A stretch of DNA of 62,104 bases, the filler included, from Sluysia triapertura (lineage: Eukaryota): NCBI GenBank assembly GCA_046118255.1. It is 4 parts of 4 records of this genome, joined end to end, with 100 filler letters (N's around TTAATTAATTAA, not from the genome) between each part and the next. Parts side by side here need not be neighbours in the genome. Positions count along the whole stretch, not along the records: positions 1 to 25,907 come from JBJNIA010166369.1; positions 26,008 to 37,622 come from JBJNIA010182779.1; 2 more parts are not named here. One strand, written 5' to 3'. The position numbers and the translations under genes were made by a program. Under the pieces are notes generated by a model. That model made no database searches. It saw only the letters and a program-made list of their open reading frames with translations, and was not told where the DNA came from. Each line of letters begins with the position of its first letter. The first letter of the stretch is position 1. Positions 15,101 through 29,862 of this stretch are shown in pieces.

Positions 15101-16361
15101 AAAGAATGCTTGTACATTCTTTACGATATTGATTTATGTGAATAATTATTATTATGTACGATATTTTTATATGAATAATTATTTCAAATATTGATTATTT
15201 ATGTGAATATTGGAATTGTTTGAATTATTGTTGGAAACATTTTTTATTGGAATTTTAATTAGTAAATTAAAACCGACTTAAATATATTTTTTCAAGATTA
15301 ACGGTAAATAAATTTTTTTAATTGATTTTTTAATTTGTTTACTTGAACTAAATTTAAATTGTTACATGGTCAATAGTTTCAGTATAAATAGTTATGTTTT
15401 AATAAAATTCACTCCCAACAATAATACAAGGTTTTCAACATTTCTTTAACACAATTTAACTGTTCAACTAGATCAATCCAAGTGTCGACCTTGCTCTCAG
15501 TTTTTGCTGTTTAATTTTAATAAGTTGTGCGGCATTTTAAGTCGCATAGAAAACCACAGATAAAATCTTTTTAATTTAAAATTTCAGTTAACTTTTAAAG
15601 TGTTAACTAAGAAAAATACCATTTTAATTTTGAATTAATATATTTAATTTAATTATGATTATCATGGAATAATATAGGTAAAATAATTAAATAAATTTTA
15701 CCTTACATTAAAATCCAACGGCTGGCCCTCGCTGGTAAGTCCAGTACGTTGGTGAACTCACATTAAATAAACTTTTCTTTTATTCTCTCACACAAGCAAT
15801 AAAAAAATAAGATCTTTGAAAAAATTAACAAATCAAGAAATTGATGAGGGAATTGTTTAATAAGATAATTAATAATGAAAAATTCTAAATTCTAGTTGAG
15901 CGGGGTCGGACGAACATGATAATAGTATGAAATTTACCAGTGAGAGCTTGAATAGTGTGTAATGTGTTTTTTTTTATAAATGTAATATACATTAACATCA
16001 TGATTCTGCTTTAGTTTGCTTAAACAATTTTAATTTTAGTGTAAATAAGAATTTGGTACCAATCGTGTAACAGGAAACAATGGAGAGTTTGTTTAAGGAA
16101 ATTTTTATAATAACATCTAAATTTCATGAAATGAAGTCGAACAGAGCCTTATGCTCAAATACATTGCTTAAGTGTAAAAACGCCAATAAAAAATAATCAT
16201 AAAATGTTTTATTCTAATAAAGGTAAAGCGAATGGAACCTTAAGTTCAAGTATCATTTTCAACATTCTCTAACAGCATCCTCTAAACATTCTGCATTATA
16301 AATTAATTGAATACTATATATTTTAAAAAACAAACTAAAATAAATACAAAACTACAAATAT

Positions 16362-16364
16362 TAC

Positions 16365-16409
<45 letters not shown>

Positions 16410-16410
16410 C
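16362..16410. repeat. (TAT)n microsatellite
   Basis: TAT run. Confidence 0.9.
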
Positions 16411-19400
16411 ATAATCATTTCAATCTAACAATTTATTTTCATTACATACAGTCAATTACACAATTGTTTTTAAAATTTTTAATTAAATTAAATTAATTTT
16501 TTATTTAAAAATATTTCGATATAATTATAAAAATAAATGTTGTTATGAACAATAAATAATCTTTTATTATTTCTACCTCAACAATGTAAATATGACCTAA
16601 ACTAAACTAAATTAAACTAAAACTAAACATTTCTTAAAAGTTTGACTCTCAAAGAAAAAACAAAAGGTACAAGAATTACATTTCATATTTAAATCGTAAT
16701 AATTCATGGTTTCTATTTATTCTAAGACACTTACTAAAGAAATGCAGTCCTTTTTCAAAGATAAACAAATGCTTTTTGTCAGTCTTCTTCAAATACAAAA
16801 ACCGGATGACACTGCGAAATTTAACTGCATCATACACTTTTTTAAACAATAACGTTAAAAGTATATAAACCATGTTATTAAATTAAAACAAAAATTGTAT
16901 CTTAATAACCTGCATATCAGAACGTAAAAAAATAAAATTCATCAATGTTAACAATGATATTTTGTTTCACCTAGTAAAACCTTAAAAAGCATACTTTAGT
17001 ATCATACAAAACCTTTTTTATTTTAAAAATATCTTCTGATGACATTTACTATCTTATTTATCTTTTTTGTAATATAATTGTTTTTGTAATACAAAACAAA
17101 TCAAAATATAAAACTATTTTAACACATTGAAATAATTTAGTTCAAACACAAAAGATTATTTTATTATTCCAACGTGTTAATATTTTCTATTTAAATATTG
17201 AAAATGTTTTTTAGCAAAATAAAAATAAAATAAAATTTTTTTATTGATAAATTGTTAAATATATTCAAAAATGATGACATTTCTTATTAAATTATTCAAT
17301 TTAAACGATATCGAAAATGTCATAACATATTTTATTGATTATCATGGTTATTTCGGTTTTGATCATCTAAAACTCGGTGACCTTTTATTTTTAAATAATT
17401 ACACACCTGTATTAAATACAACAATGTTCCACTTAAACTCGAATAGATAAAAGTACAATTTAATTTAAATTTAGTATAAAATTACTTTAATAAATATGTT
17501 TTAATTAGTCATGATATTTTTGAATTACGCATCGAATAATGGTTGAATTTATAATATATAGAAGCATCATAATATTTTTTGTTTTAGCAAAACCAAAGCA
17601 AAGCGGTAATTAAATTGTTAAAAGATTGTATTGATTTTAATGCAATAAATTATGATAAAATTCGCTTATTTAATGCGAAAAATAGTTTGAAAGAAAACAA
17701 TATGTTTACTATGTCAAATGAGTAGTTATTTTGTGTTATTGATAGGCCTAATTCTGCTCATAATCGATAGAATACATTATTGTTAAAGAGAATAGAATTG
17801 CAGAAACTGAAGATGATTTGTCCAATTTAGCAAGCACAGTTTGCTTTTTTGCAGAATATTCAGTTACATAAACAATTAAAAACATAACCAAAACAGTAAG
17901 TGTAAAGCGTTGAAAGATTTTATAATTACATTAAAGAAATGAAAAGGTTCATGTATTCCGAAAGTTGTTCGCATTGAACTTGATGATCTCATAGACTTAT
18001 TACTAATAATCAAAAATTATTGATGATATTATTAATCAAATAAGTATATAACATGAAATCGATAAAGTGGAAACTATCATTAAAAAACAATAAGTGATTT
18101 AAAAATAATTGTTGAAAATTAATAAAGAAGAGTAACTATTCATTATTTTCAGTATTAAAAACAATCGCAGAGCTAAGGTAAATAAACCAAAATTAATTTA
18201 AATAGAGATAGAGGTATAAAACTAAAAATATGTATTATAGAACATTATATGGATTCATGAGTGAGAATAAGTATATATCCAGAAAAGTGTTATTGCTAGC
18301 TAAATAGAATATAAAATACTAATAAATATACGACAAAATTAATTACGTACTTTCTGTAATATAGTTTAGTGTATAATAAGTACAAAAAATTGAAATTAAT
18401 AATTAATCAATTGGAGAAATCAATTTTTCAATTATACAGTTTGTAGCTAAATTAATTATCAGTGAAAATAAGAATAAAATTCAAAATGTTTACAATATTG
18501 AAATTTTGAATAAACAACGGAAATTATCTACTGATAATAAAATATATAACTAGCTGTCAGAAAATGTCAAATTTTTGGAAGATTTGAAATATTTAGAAAT
18601 ACATTGATGAATGACACATTACAACCAACCCATTAAATACCAACTTTTTTTAAATTTTTATGTATATTTTGGAAGATTATAGTAATATAACATGGTATTT
18701 TTAGTGAAAATTTATTTGTTCCCAAATGGGTACATAACAATGTCTTTTGACATGAAATCTTATCGGTATTTTGAAAAACAGCGGAATTCCAAATAGTTTA
18801 AGCTCTTATTCTTTAGTAGACATTAATTCTATGCAATATTATATATTATTATCATTATTATTAATAGTGGCATTATGAAAATAATAAGATTTCTGAAACC
18901 GAAATGAATATGTCTTTAAGATATAATAATTTATCCGGAATATACAATAGTAATCAGTTCGGTGATATTTCGTTTATGTTATATTCTAATATCAGAAATC
19001 AAAAACTGTGAAATCGTTTAACATTATGAAATATTCTTTCTATTTCAGAAATATTATAATAAATGACATATTTTAATTTCTTTTGAATTCTTAATCCAAA
19101 ATAAATATTAAATCTAAATTAATGTTGCTTTTGTTATATTTTTATATATGTATCTTTATATTAATCTGACAGTGTAAAATTTTGTAAAATTTATAATTTT
19201 GTGTAACTAAAATAAGGAAATAATAAATAATTTAGTTTTAAATAAAACTAAATAAATATTAAATAGATATTTACGAAAAAATTTAAAAATATATTTAATT
19301 GATATCAAAAAATAAAATTTATTTTTTAATTTTTTTATTTTAGTATATATTTTTTATTTTTTTACATTTCTGATTTCATATATTAATAGTAAATGAATAA

Positions 19401-22400
19401 GTAAAATCTATATTTTGAATTTGTTTATAAATAAAGGAAAAACAGTTTCATACCTTTAAGGCTTCTTCAAATTTACATTTGTTTACTTAATTTTCTAATG
19501 TAAAACATAAATAAATTATAAATTATATTATACAGACATTGCATAGCCTCCATCAATCATACAGACATTTTATTTGTTTTACTGAACGTCAATAATATCA
19601 GATAACTTTATATCAACAGAATATTATTATCGTCAATATTAATTAGATTTTTTAAATATTAATTTAAAAATAAATAAAAATCCAGCATCAATAACGCTTT
19701 CGATCCATTCGCAATTGTCTTGGTTCTTGTAACACCATAAAGTAAATTCTTGGGAAAGATAACGGTAAAATTACACAATCCAAAAAAATATTTCTGAAAT
19801 CTTTTTCAGTATTATACTAAGATACAAAATTTTTCTACAAAATCTATCTAATTTTGTAGTTGATGAGATAAGTTTAACCTCAATTTATTCCATTATTATT
19901 ATTGGAATTCGATTAATACCAGTTTCGAAACACATTTTAAAGTTATATTTATCAAAACATACTTTAACGTCTTTTAATATAATTTGATCATTTTTACAAT
20001 TATTTTATCCAAATTATTTAAAGTTAGTGATGTCTTTTATTGTCAAAATATATCGGGGAAATTAAAAAAAATCTTGGAAGATCCATATGAATCTATATAA
20101 TGTTCATAAATATTTAATCTATTTCTATTTTCAGAACGTCTAATAAAATTTAAATCACATAACTTCTTAAATTACTAAAAGTACTAATTTAAAATTATCT
20201 TATTCGAATTTTTAAAATTTTTAATCTAAAACCAAAAAAATAATTAAAATTTTGATGCTATAAAACAAAGTTTTTCTTTTATGTTTGGTTAAATATATAT
20301 TTAATAAAAAATATTTTATTAATAATAATTATTATTAGAAAACAATGTTTAATATTTACATTTTAGCTAACACATTTAATATTTTCTTTCATGTTCATTT
20401 TGAATCTGTGAAACATATTAATATTCCCTACTTTTGGTCTCATGATTATTTAAAATTAAATTTGATTCATTTATTTTATAACTTTTGGCTATCTTTATTA
20501 CTGACTTCATTGATTTTTCAAATATTTTTTAAATAAGTGTTTCTAAAATATCAAAGATTAAAACTTTTCGTAATTTTTTAATAATAAAATTTAGTTTTAG
20601 AAATTGCACAACATAACATACATTGTCATTGATTTCGGTTAGTAATTTTAATCCATTCTGATGAGTCTGGCCCATGTTAATGTTTATAAAAAAAACCTTT
20701 ATAATTATATCAATGAAATATATTCAATGGACCGCAAAGGGTTAAAAAAATAACACATGAAAAATTAAATGCTACAAAAATAGTTTCGAAAGATTTACTA
20801 AAAACGAATTAATAATATTTACATTTTAAAGCTCAAAAAAGTTAATTTTAATGACTCAAATAATAATTTAAATATCATAACTTTAATTTGTACATCTAAA
20901 AACTTCGAATTTGATTTTGTTTGCATTAGTTATAAAATCTTACGTAAATTTTTCTAAAATATTTATCGCATGATCTATTCACTTGATATATTTTATATAA
21001 ATTTATTTATAAATATTTATGTTGTTATTTAATGTATCATGTATAGTTTGTATTATTTGTATTAAAAATAATATGTGCAATTCAATGTAAATTTTATAGT
21101 AAATGTAGTCGTAAATAAACTACTGATAAAAGTTAAAGATGTTAAATAAAATAAATTTAACTTATCCATGTAAATCTATGTCAAAACTACAGTTAGTCTA
21201 AACATTCATTATTAATTATCAAATCTAAATCTTTTATTTCAATTTAATAAAATTATATGTAAAAATAAATAAAGTTTGGTATGTTTTATTAAATCATAAA
21301 TATTTATTTATTCTAAATAAACAAAATAATAAATAAAACTTACTCATTTTTTGAAAAATCAGAATAAATGAAACTGGTTTTTAAAATTAATTTTTTCGCT
21401 ATTTTAATACAATTATATCAAAATCTCTAACTTTCTATCAACATTTGTATTGGTTCTTTGTTTGAATACGTTCAAACAATAATTGTGATTGGATGTTTTC
21501 AAATTCTGTTTATTTCAACAAAACAATCTAAGGTGCCCTTTTCATTTTCTTAAACCATTAAATCCGTAAATATATGTACATATATATATTTAATAAATTA
21601 TTATGAAAATTTATTATTAATTAATTAATTAATAATAAGTATGATTAAGTATTACAACTACACATTTTTAAATAATAAATTATTTTTTATTTTGTAAATA
21701 TTAACATATTTTATACAGAAAAATGTGTACAATAATTTATGCATATTGTATTTGTAGAAAGTGCCATACAATGTGATTTTGTACATTTAATGTTACTTTT
21801 ATTTATAAATTTAAAATCTTATCATAAGCAATTAAGATTTCATAATTAATTTTGAGATTGGGAACTCTCCCGCTCTTAATTAGAATTACAATAGATGTTC
21901 TGATTGATTAGAGTAAGTATTATATTAAGTTTGGATTTGGTTAATCAATTCGTTCGATTTTTATTATGGATTAGTTCAAATGCGCGTGATAATAATTTGG
22001 GGCCCTAAAAATTTTAAATTGTTAGATTTTACAAATAAAGTTTTGTTTTTCCTTTGAATACTTCTTTGTGTCTTTTAACAATTCAAGTAATTCTATCATC
22101 TAATTCCATAATTTATGTTCTTGATGTATAACAATCATCAAGAATAAAATTCCAAAGTACATTCATAAAGAAATTATAAATGTGCACTAGAGATATTATT
22201 CTATTTGGTATTCTGCTATTTTTTAGCTGACTGCTATCACAATAGCAAAATAACAGCTAAATGTTGAAAAAATATTAACAGACATAATATTGCATTTTTG
22301 ATATAAAGAATTAAAATTTAATTTTGTTAATTTTTCTTTATTTTTGCTAAAGAATTAGAACTGTTTTTGTTCATAATATTTAATATTTATAAGAAACAAA

Positions 22401-23799
22401 AAAATACATTTTGTTATTAAAAAGGTGTTTATTTTTTTTATGAAGTTTTTTTATTAAATAAATAAAATAATAAAAAATAAATATGTTGAAATGGGGGCGC
22501 AACTTAAAAAGTTTGTTCACGTCTAGACTATATCAAGAAATTGGAAATTATTGAAACGGTCATGGATCTTAGAAAAAGAAATAAATTTGATATTTTTCTC
22601 TTTATAATGTTCATCAATATCGAGCTCTCGAATACATTAAAGTACTTCAACAGCAGGATGATAATGCGTCATTAGCCTTATATTTAGTTAACAAGAAGTT
22701 CAGTAAGGTCTTTAAGATAGCCATCAACAATGAAAGTAAAAAAACGCCAGTTTCACGATACCGATAAGTTCGAAATTAACTACTTTCAAAGTTTATTATG
22801 TATACATTACAAATTTAATTTATATTCAAAAACAATTCTCTTTTTCTTATTGTTTTTGGGATAGGTCGTTCACTGTTTATTCGAAATCAGAAAAGATAAA
22901 GTACAAATTTATAAATCAATGAAAATTCACTTAATAAGGAAAGAAACTGAAGCCATTATCTTAAAAGTGATGCAGCTGTAATTCAGTGTGAACATCTTAC
23001 ACAAAAACTAATGAAACCATATCATGTAAACATATGTAAACTATGTTCATAACGTAACTCTAAGTTTTAATGCGAAGATAAATATTATTGAATACGAATT
23101 ATTAAAACAATATAAACATAACGAATATTCTAAAATTTGTAGGAAAATAGTCATAATAATGTTTATAATGAGTTGGAGAATATTTCAAGAGTGCCATAGT
23201 GATTCGTGTCTTTATTTGGAAATATTTAAATACAACTCAACAAGTAAATTAATTTGAAATCTCAAAATATTCTCAATTATCACAATAAAGTACAAAGAAC
23301 TCTTTTATAAATTCAACAATTATAAATCACTATCTTATGTACTAAATCTGTAAAAATCGAGGGCTATTTCTTCTATTCGGTAGTAATTAGTTGGCAAAAT
23401 GAAATGATAAATGTGTCATTAAAAATGTCAGTATTGGTCCACCAATGAAATCCTTGCCATATCGATTTTGCCAAAACTGATGAAGATATTTGAATATGAA
23501 AGAAATGTCATCCAAAACACAAAACTATGTAAAATTGGTCGTTTAATTAACAAATAAATAATTAATTCCGGAATGAGGCTTTACAATGATTGGATAGGAT
23601 TCTAATCTAAACGATTCTAAGAGGCAATAGAAATTGGAATTGTAAAAATTATAAAAATTTTGCAATTTACAATGAAAAAAGCATTTTGATTAGAGTAATT
23701 AATACATATACATAATCTCATCATAAAAAAGTATAATGAAATTTGTGTTGAGATGTATTACATTTTAATGATATCACAATCCGAGTTAACTTAATATTA

Positions 23800-25400
23800 T
23801 CAAAGTAGAAATAAATATCTTTGGGATTTAATCTCAATGTTTAAAAGAAGGCATAAAAAACAAAATTTACATGAAATTTTATTTGATAAGTACATATAAA
23901 TTACAAAATTTGTGCCACGAATTGATATTGTTCCACTACCTGAATAAAAATAAAAATTTATGACGTAATTAATTTTGGTGTAAAATGTAATTACTTTAGG
24001 TTCATTTCCATTATTTCCTATCATCTCAGAATTAGTTTCACTCTTAATTATTGTTAACAGATTAAATACTGAACTTTTATTAAAATTCTCTGTCATCACT
24101 CTTAACAAATTACATTCCTTCGTTTCTTCGGTAAACTTGGGACACATTATCAAGGTACGCAAAGGTGCCAACCATCAAAAATAATGTTACGGTCATTACA
24201 TAATTCAAATAGACCGTATCGAACAAATATTAAACTATTTAAGTTAATCTCACTGATTCTTCCTTGATGATCAGGAGCACTATCAATACGCATTACTTCA
24301 ATTTGTCCCACATTACAAATGGCGTAGTCTAAAGTAATTTCATTAAGAATAAATGATAAAAACAAATTGTTAATGTTTTGAATATATAGTTTGAAACTTT
24401 TACGAGTTAAATCATAATTATGAATCAAACCAGTGCCAGATGAAATTTCTCTTTTCGAGGTTCGACTTTTCATTGTCGAATATCGAAGTTTCAAAAAATA
24501 ACTTTTGTCTGACCAACCGTCTAAAATATGATCTATTGGTTTCAGCTTTTCAGTTTCTATTTGACTACAAACACCTTTAATAAATGTCTTAAATTCATCG
24601 GTTGCTAAATCTCTAATGTCATTATGTAGACTATTACACAGTTCAAATGAAATTTTGATGATTCAATTGTAACTGGTTCTTCTCCCAACATGATTCTCAA
24701 GAATAAATCATACAGCTTCTTAATTGTTACCTCTCGTTTAAATGATAATCTATTATTTTTGTTGAATAGCTCGGTTCACTGTAAAGGAAATACCAGTGAT
24801 AAGAGAATGTGACTGAGTAGATGTATTTATATAAATTTATTGAAACCATTTGCATTTGAGAAAGCTCATATGAGATGATGCCAATCAGAATTAAATATTT
24901 CATGCATGAAACATTCAAATCGGATAGGTTACTTAGGATGATCAAACAATCTTGAATAAGTTTAGTATCTAATCTATTCATTAAACTTGCATTTTTGTTA
25001 TCGATGTTATTGGTTATATGATTACCAAGAAAATTTCCTACAATCCTATCAAAGTGATAATCACTCGATTGCGTGGGCTTATTGATACATGGAATATTTT
25101 CGTTAGGTACATTGCTTTCACAGGTATTATTTCGATTTTTATTATTAATATTGAATTTCAGATTAGGATTTGCATTCGCTATGAGCATAACTGATGATGG
25201 GTTAGTATGAACACTAAGTGTTGCTAATATATCTTCTGAATGATCGTGTCTGTGTAAATTCTCTATTTTATCGAACTGGAATCCTCCTTGATATTATTCA
25301 TTGTATAAAAGTCTAAATTTGTATTGAAAATTCTGATATTTGCGTAATTTCCATCGTCTTTATTTAATAGATTATTAACTTTGATTTTATAAAAACATAA
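23800..25400 (-). pseudogene. Disrupted long intronless reading frame of unknown origin (possibly TE or viral)
   Basis: ORFs 24727-25188, 24150-24494 and 23800-24171 plus the intervening sequence join into one protein-like frame with a few frameshifts and stops; no clear introns. Confidence 0.4.
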
Positions 25401-25907
25401 TAATGTCTTCTGAACATTCATTTTATTTTGCATTATTTCTGAGTCTTAAAAATTTTTCTGATAATGTATCCTTTTATTGGTCATCCAACCAGAAGCATTG
25501 AGATGGTCTGGTTGGATGGCCCATAGAGACGCATACAAGAGCTGACAGAAATTGGATGATTGATGTGTAAACCACTATCAGTAATTGTAAATCAATCCCG
25601 TCATCACTGGTAGCGGTAGTTACCAAATTAATAGTTCAGATAAATTAATTGAAAAATAATAAAAATTAAAAATGATCATAATAACAAAATGTTATCATCG
25701 TTATTATTATTCCAAAAAGCATAAACTCTTTATTTCTAAACTCACATGATCTGTCTTTTGAAGCTCTTGAATTTCTCAACATATTAAGAAAAGAAACGTT
25801 TTGAAAAATTGTAGTTCTAATGCTGTACGGTAATGTGTAAAACGTTTCAAATGAATTTTTAGATGTCGATTAATGTTTTTTAACTGAAGATGATGTTTGA
25901 ATATTAG

Positions 25908-26007
25908 NNNNNNNNNNNNNNNNNNNNNNNNNNNNNNNNNNNNNNNNNNNNTTAATTAATTAANNNNNNNNNNNNNNNNNNNNNNNNNNNNNNNNNNNNN
26001 NNNNNNN
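25908..26007. other. Artificial contig linker (N-TTAATTAATTAA-N)
   Basis: 100-nt N gap with a central six-frame-stop 12-mer. Confidence 0.97.
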
Positions 26008-26008
26008 A

Positions 26009-26160
26009 TACAGTGTGTCCCAAAATTAATAAAGATATTTAGGAGGTCTGAATTTTGCTTCCCATCTTCAACATGTTTGTAGCTAGTTCTTGCATAGTAA
26101 TTCTTAATCTAAAGTCATTCGCTACAATTTTAAAAATGAGGTACCAAAAGCGCACGGTGA
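26009..26160 (+). mobile_element. Possible Tc1/mariner terminal fragment
   Basis: Starts TA-CAGTGTGTCCCAAAATT, a typical Tc1/mariner TIR start at a TA site; no partner TIR found. Confidence 0.35.
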
Positions 26161-26384
26161 ACAAAAATCAAGCAAAACAAAATCAATAAAATCAACAAGC
26201 ACGTAAGAACAAAATCAATAAAATCTACTATTCTCAAAGAAAATGAATAGTACCGAATATAACATAAAATGACATAAAAGAAGAAATTACATTTGTCGTT
26301 TTTGATAAATAAAATGTTTAAATGAATCGATTAAATTTTCAACTGAAAAATATCGAATATTCTATTTTGTATTAAATAATACAG

Positions 26385-26670
26385 GTTGGTTTGTGTCGGC
26401 CTGGTGATTGTGGAAGTGATGTATCACATTTGAATCTGCACAAAACATTTTGTATCCCACACGGTGGTGGTGGACCAGGTGTCGGACCTATTGGCGTCAA
26501 GTCCCATTTGGCACCATTTCTGCCTTCTCATTCTATTCTGCCACCAACTGTCTATACTGCAGATGCAATATCAGGGAAAAATAGTTTCGGTGCCGTCACT
26601 TCTGCACCAATGGGATCTGCTTCCATATTACCTATATCATGGGCGTATATAAAATTAATGGGAGGATTGG
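26385..26670 (+). CDS. GLDC: Glycine decarboxylase (glycine cleavage P protein), internal exon with the PLP-binding lysine
   Basis: acag|GTT...G|gtaatt; [47 protein letters not shown]...[17 protein letters not shown]. Confidence 0.97.
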
Positions 26671-28916
26671 GTAATTTGATTTTTAAACACTTTCAAACGT
26701 AATCAAGTGATGTCTATTTTTTACGTATTTATCTGCTATTTTAACGACTTTTTTTAACTTTATTAATACATTAATACTAATCTTTCACACGATCTATGAA
26801 TTTACGGCTTTATTTAATATTATTTTTAAATTTCATTTCAATCGGCAGTAAATTTTCTTTGTATGACAAATTTGTATAAGATAAATTATGTTTTACTACG
26901 TAATTATTGTATGAAAAATAAACGTAAAATCATTAAGCAAAATAAAATAAATCAATAAAATAAATGTATTAAAAATATGAAAAACATGAACTATACAAAA
27001 CAAATGAATTTTCATTTTTATTTTTTTACATTATCATGTAATCACTCTTTATGGTCTGACATTTCGTCAAACACACAAACATACACACACTTATAAATAT
27101 GTATATATATTTAAACAACAATTTAAAAATGTCTTCTCTTAAAAATGTTTTACTGGTTGGTTTATCATTTCGTTTAAAAAAAGCACACAAAATGAATACT
27201 AATGAATACTGAAAGTTAAAGAAAACTTAATTTCTACTTGAAGGAAATAAAATGTGTAAATTTCCTACGGTGTACAAAGCAAAAGATGTATGTTAGTACA
27301 AATTATACATTCTCTAATTCTAAATGTAATGTAGCAATATTTCATGAACCATATAAAGTTGTTAAAAGAAATATTTTGGAATAAAAATTTCATAACGACG
27401 AAGTTAAGTTATGCAATTATTTACAAGTTCAAACAGACTTTAATAATTTGTTTTACTAATGTCGCTATTATTATTATTATTATCGTGCATGAAAATGAAA
27501 AACAAGGTCTTTTTACAACGTTCATCAAAAGACCCAGATCGGGATAATTACATTAAAAGAAGTAAATGAAGTTTGGCCAATCATTGGAAGGTAACACTTA
27601 TATTATAAATTTAAAAATTTTTATTTATGTTTTGTATACTTTTAGCAGTTTTTTGAGTTACATTGAGCAAAACAAAAGTAGGAAATTTAAATATGAAAAA
27701 ATCTGGATACACTATTGTTATCTTTATTTTTCTTGTTTCAGACAACCAGTCAACATTTTAAATAACTTATATCTGAAGGAATTCATAACGTATAATATAT
27801 GAAAATGAATTTAGGTAACAATAATAGTCAAATAAATCCCAAAATTCTAAAACTTAAATTGAAAATCAAAACTATGTAAATTAAAAAAAATGACTCGAAA
27901 TGTATGAAAATTATAAGATTTTATTTTTGAATTTATTTTTAATCCAATCCAATTACTAAGAAAATAAAAACAGAAGATGAATCGAAGATGACTCAAACAT
28001 GTGATCAAATTTACGAACTTGAAATATAACGATTTTCATTGGTCCAAATGAAACAAATTGTTCAACCTGTTTGTCCATTACAGATGCAGTCAGAAAAATA
28101 ATATTTGAAATTTGTTTTTGTTATAAAGCATCTATTTTTATAGTTTCGAAAAGCAAATAATTTATGAAAATAATAATATTCGATGGAAAATATTCAAAAG
28201 ATTGTATTTCGGTTGAATACACAGACAGTTGAAATATATAGGATGATAAATAACATGGACTTTCACTGAAAAATTAATCCTTACTCATTCTAGAGAGCAA
28301 CGATATAATGAGTATTCAATCACTGGAAGAAAATGTTTACTTGTTGACGAAAATGTTATATATATTAAAAAATAAAACTTATTAATCATTATAATCATTC
28401 AATTCATGATTAACAGCACTAACGCCAGAAGAAATCAACTATTATAGAAACATGAGAGAATTCTTTTTTGTCTGCAATAACCTCAAAATAATCTTTGGGA
28501 TTTCTTTTTGTATACACAGATCCTAGACTTTCTACAAATCCACTTAATAATGCATCTTCATATTTAAGACAAACTTTGACTTTAAACGGAATCCACAAAG
28601 GGTGGAATAAAATAAAATTTATTTTAACTGAAGTAAAAAATTTCAAAGTTGATCTTATCATTAATAAAAAACATTTGTTATTTTAAATAACAAAAAATAT
28701 GTACAAACGTTTATAAAATTAAACTAAAAAAGATTCTTTTAATAAAGATCCCTTTTAGTTCTATTTGTTGCAGGATTGGAATAAAATAATATCTGAAACA
28801 TTCTTAATCAATGCCTAACTTATTATTACTAATTAACTCTACCTAATTCTTTATGTTTCGTTAATTAATTTTTAATTTATTTGACTATTACCTTTTAATA
28901 TCAATGTATAAATTTT

Positions 28917-29862
28917 TTAGGGTAAGTGACTGTCAATTAGAGTATTTATTTTGCTAGCAATTTCATACGCTTTTAATCTACCTTCTGAAATGTTTTCCAG
29001 TTCTTGAGCATATTCGTACAACTTTACTTGCAACTGTTTACGATTCTTTTTCGGCTTTGTATTATCACTTCGATTACGACGATTGGCAAACCACGAATTT
29101 ACCTATTTATTCGTAAGTATTATTAAATATAAATTACTTTATTTGAATCTTATTTTGGTTTGGAAAAATATGAATTATTTAGCATCAATTGAAATATACT
29201 ATGTACAGAACGATGAAACAAACAATTACAGTAAGTTTATTCAACAATTAGAAGTTTAAAAACATTATAGATCAAATCACATAACTTACTTGAGTTATTT
29301 GAATATTTCCTTCCGTAGAAAATCGCTTTTTCAATGAATTTGATGGATATGGATATTCAATATTGTTAGTATACCATTCTTCCATTAACCGAATTGCGGT
29401 TTCATTCAAGGGCTTATTTCGTCTAAATAGTACACAGTGATTAATTATTAAAAGTACTTTATAAATAATTTCATTTAGGGTTAGAAAATTAACCATAAGT
29501 ATCAGTAAAAATTCGCTAAATATAAAGTCCAGAAAAAAGTTTATTTATTGGATAATTATAATAATAGTAATTAAAATTTGTGCTTAATTCAGTACAAAAA
29601 ATGATATTCAAATAAAATTTAAAATTTTATGAATTTGGTTACATAATAATACTAACCTATCGTCACAATTTCGTTTCTGTGATTTAGGTGATCGTAATGA
29701 TCTGTAAGCTCCTATATTATCTTCATTAACAATTAATTCCGAATTCAAGAAACTATTTTTCGTTATTATATCCTCTTTTACAACATTATCACCATTATTA
29801 TTATTACTATTTTTATTATTATCATCATCAATATCTTTATTATTGCCGCAGCTGTAATCCAT
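28917..29862 (-). CDS. TALE-class homeobox protein (exons 29862-29657, 29422-29290, 29102-28917)
   Basis: GT-AG splicing in frame gives RRNKPLNETAIRLMEEWYTNNIEYPYPSNSLKKRFSTEGNIQITQ|VNSWFANRRNR...DSHLP*, with the PYP loop and WFxN helix 3. The start ATG at 29862 is tentative. Confidence 0.9.

Noticed and set aside
20656-20690. Hammerhead ribozyme core CTGATGAG
   Set aside because: No stem II followed by GAAA at a suitable distance.
27960-28686. Second nested gene in the GLDC intron
   Set aside because: Protein-like fragments on the minus strand, but no recognisable domain or consistent splice model.
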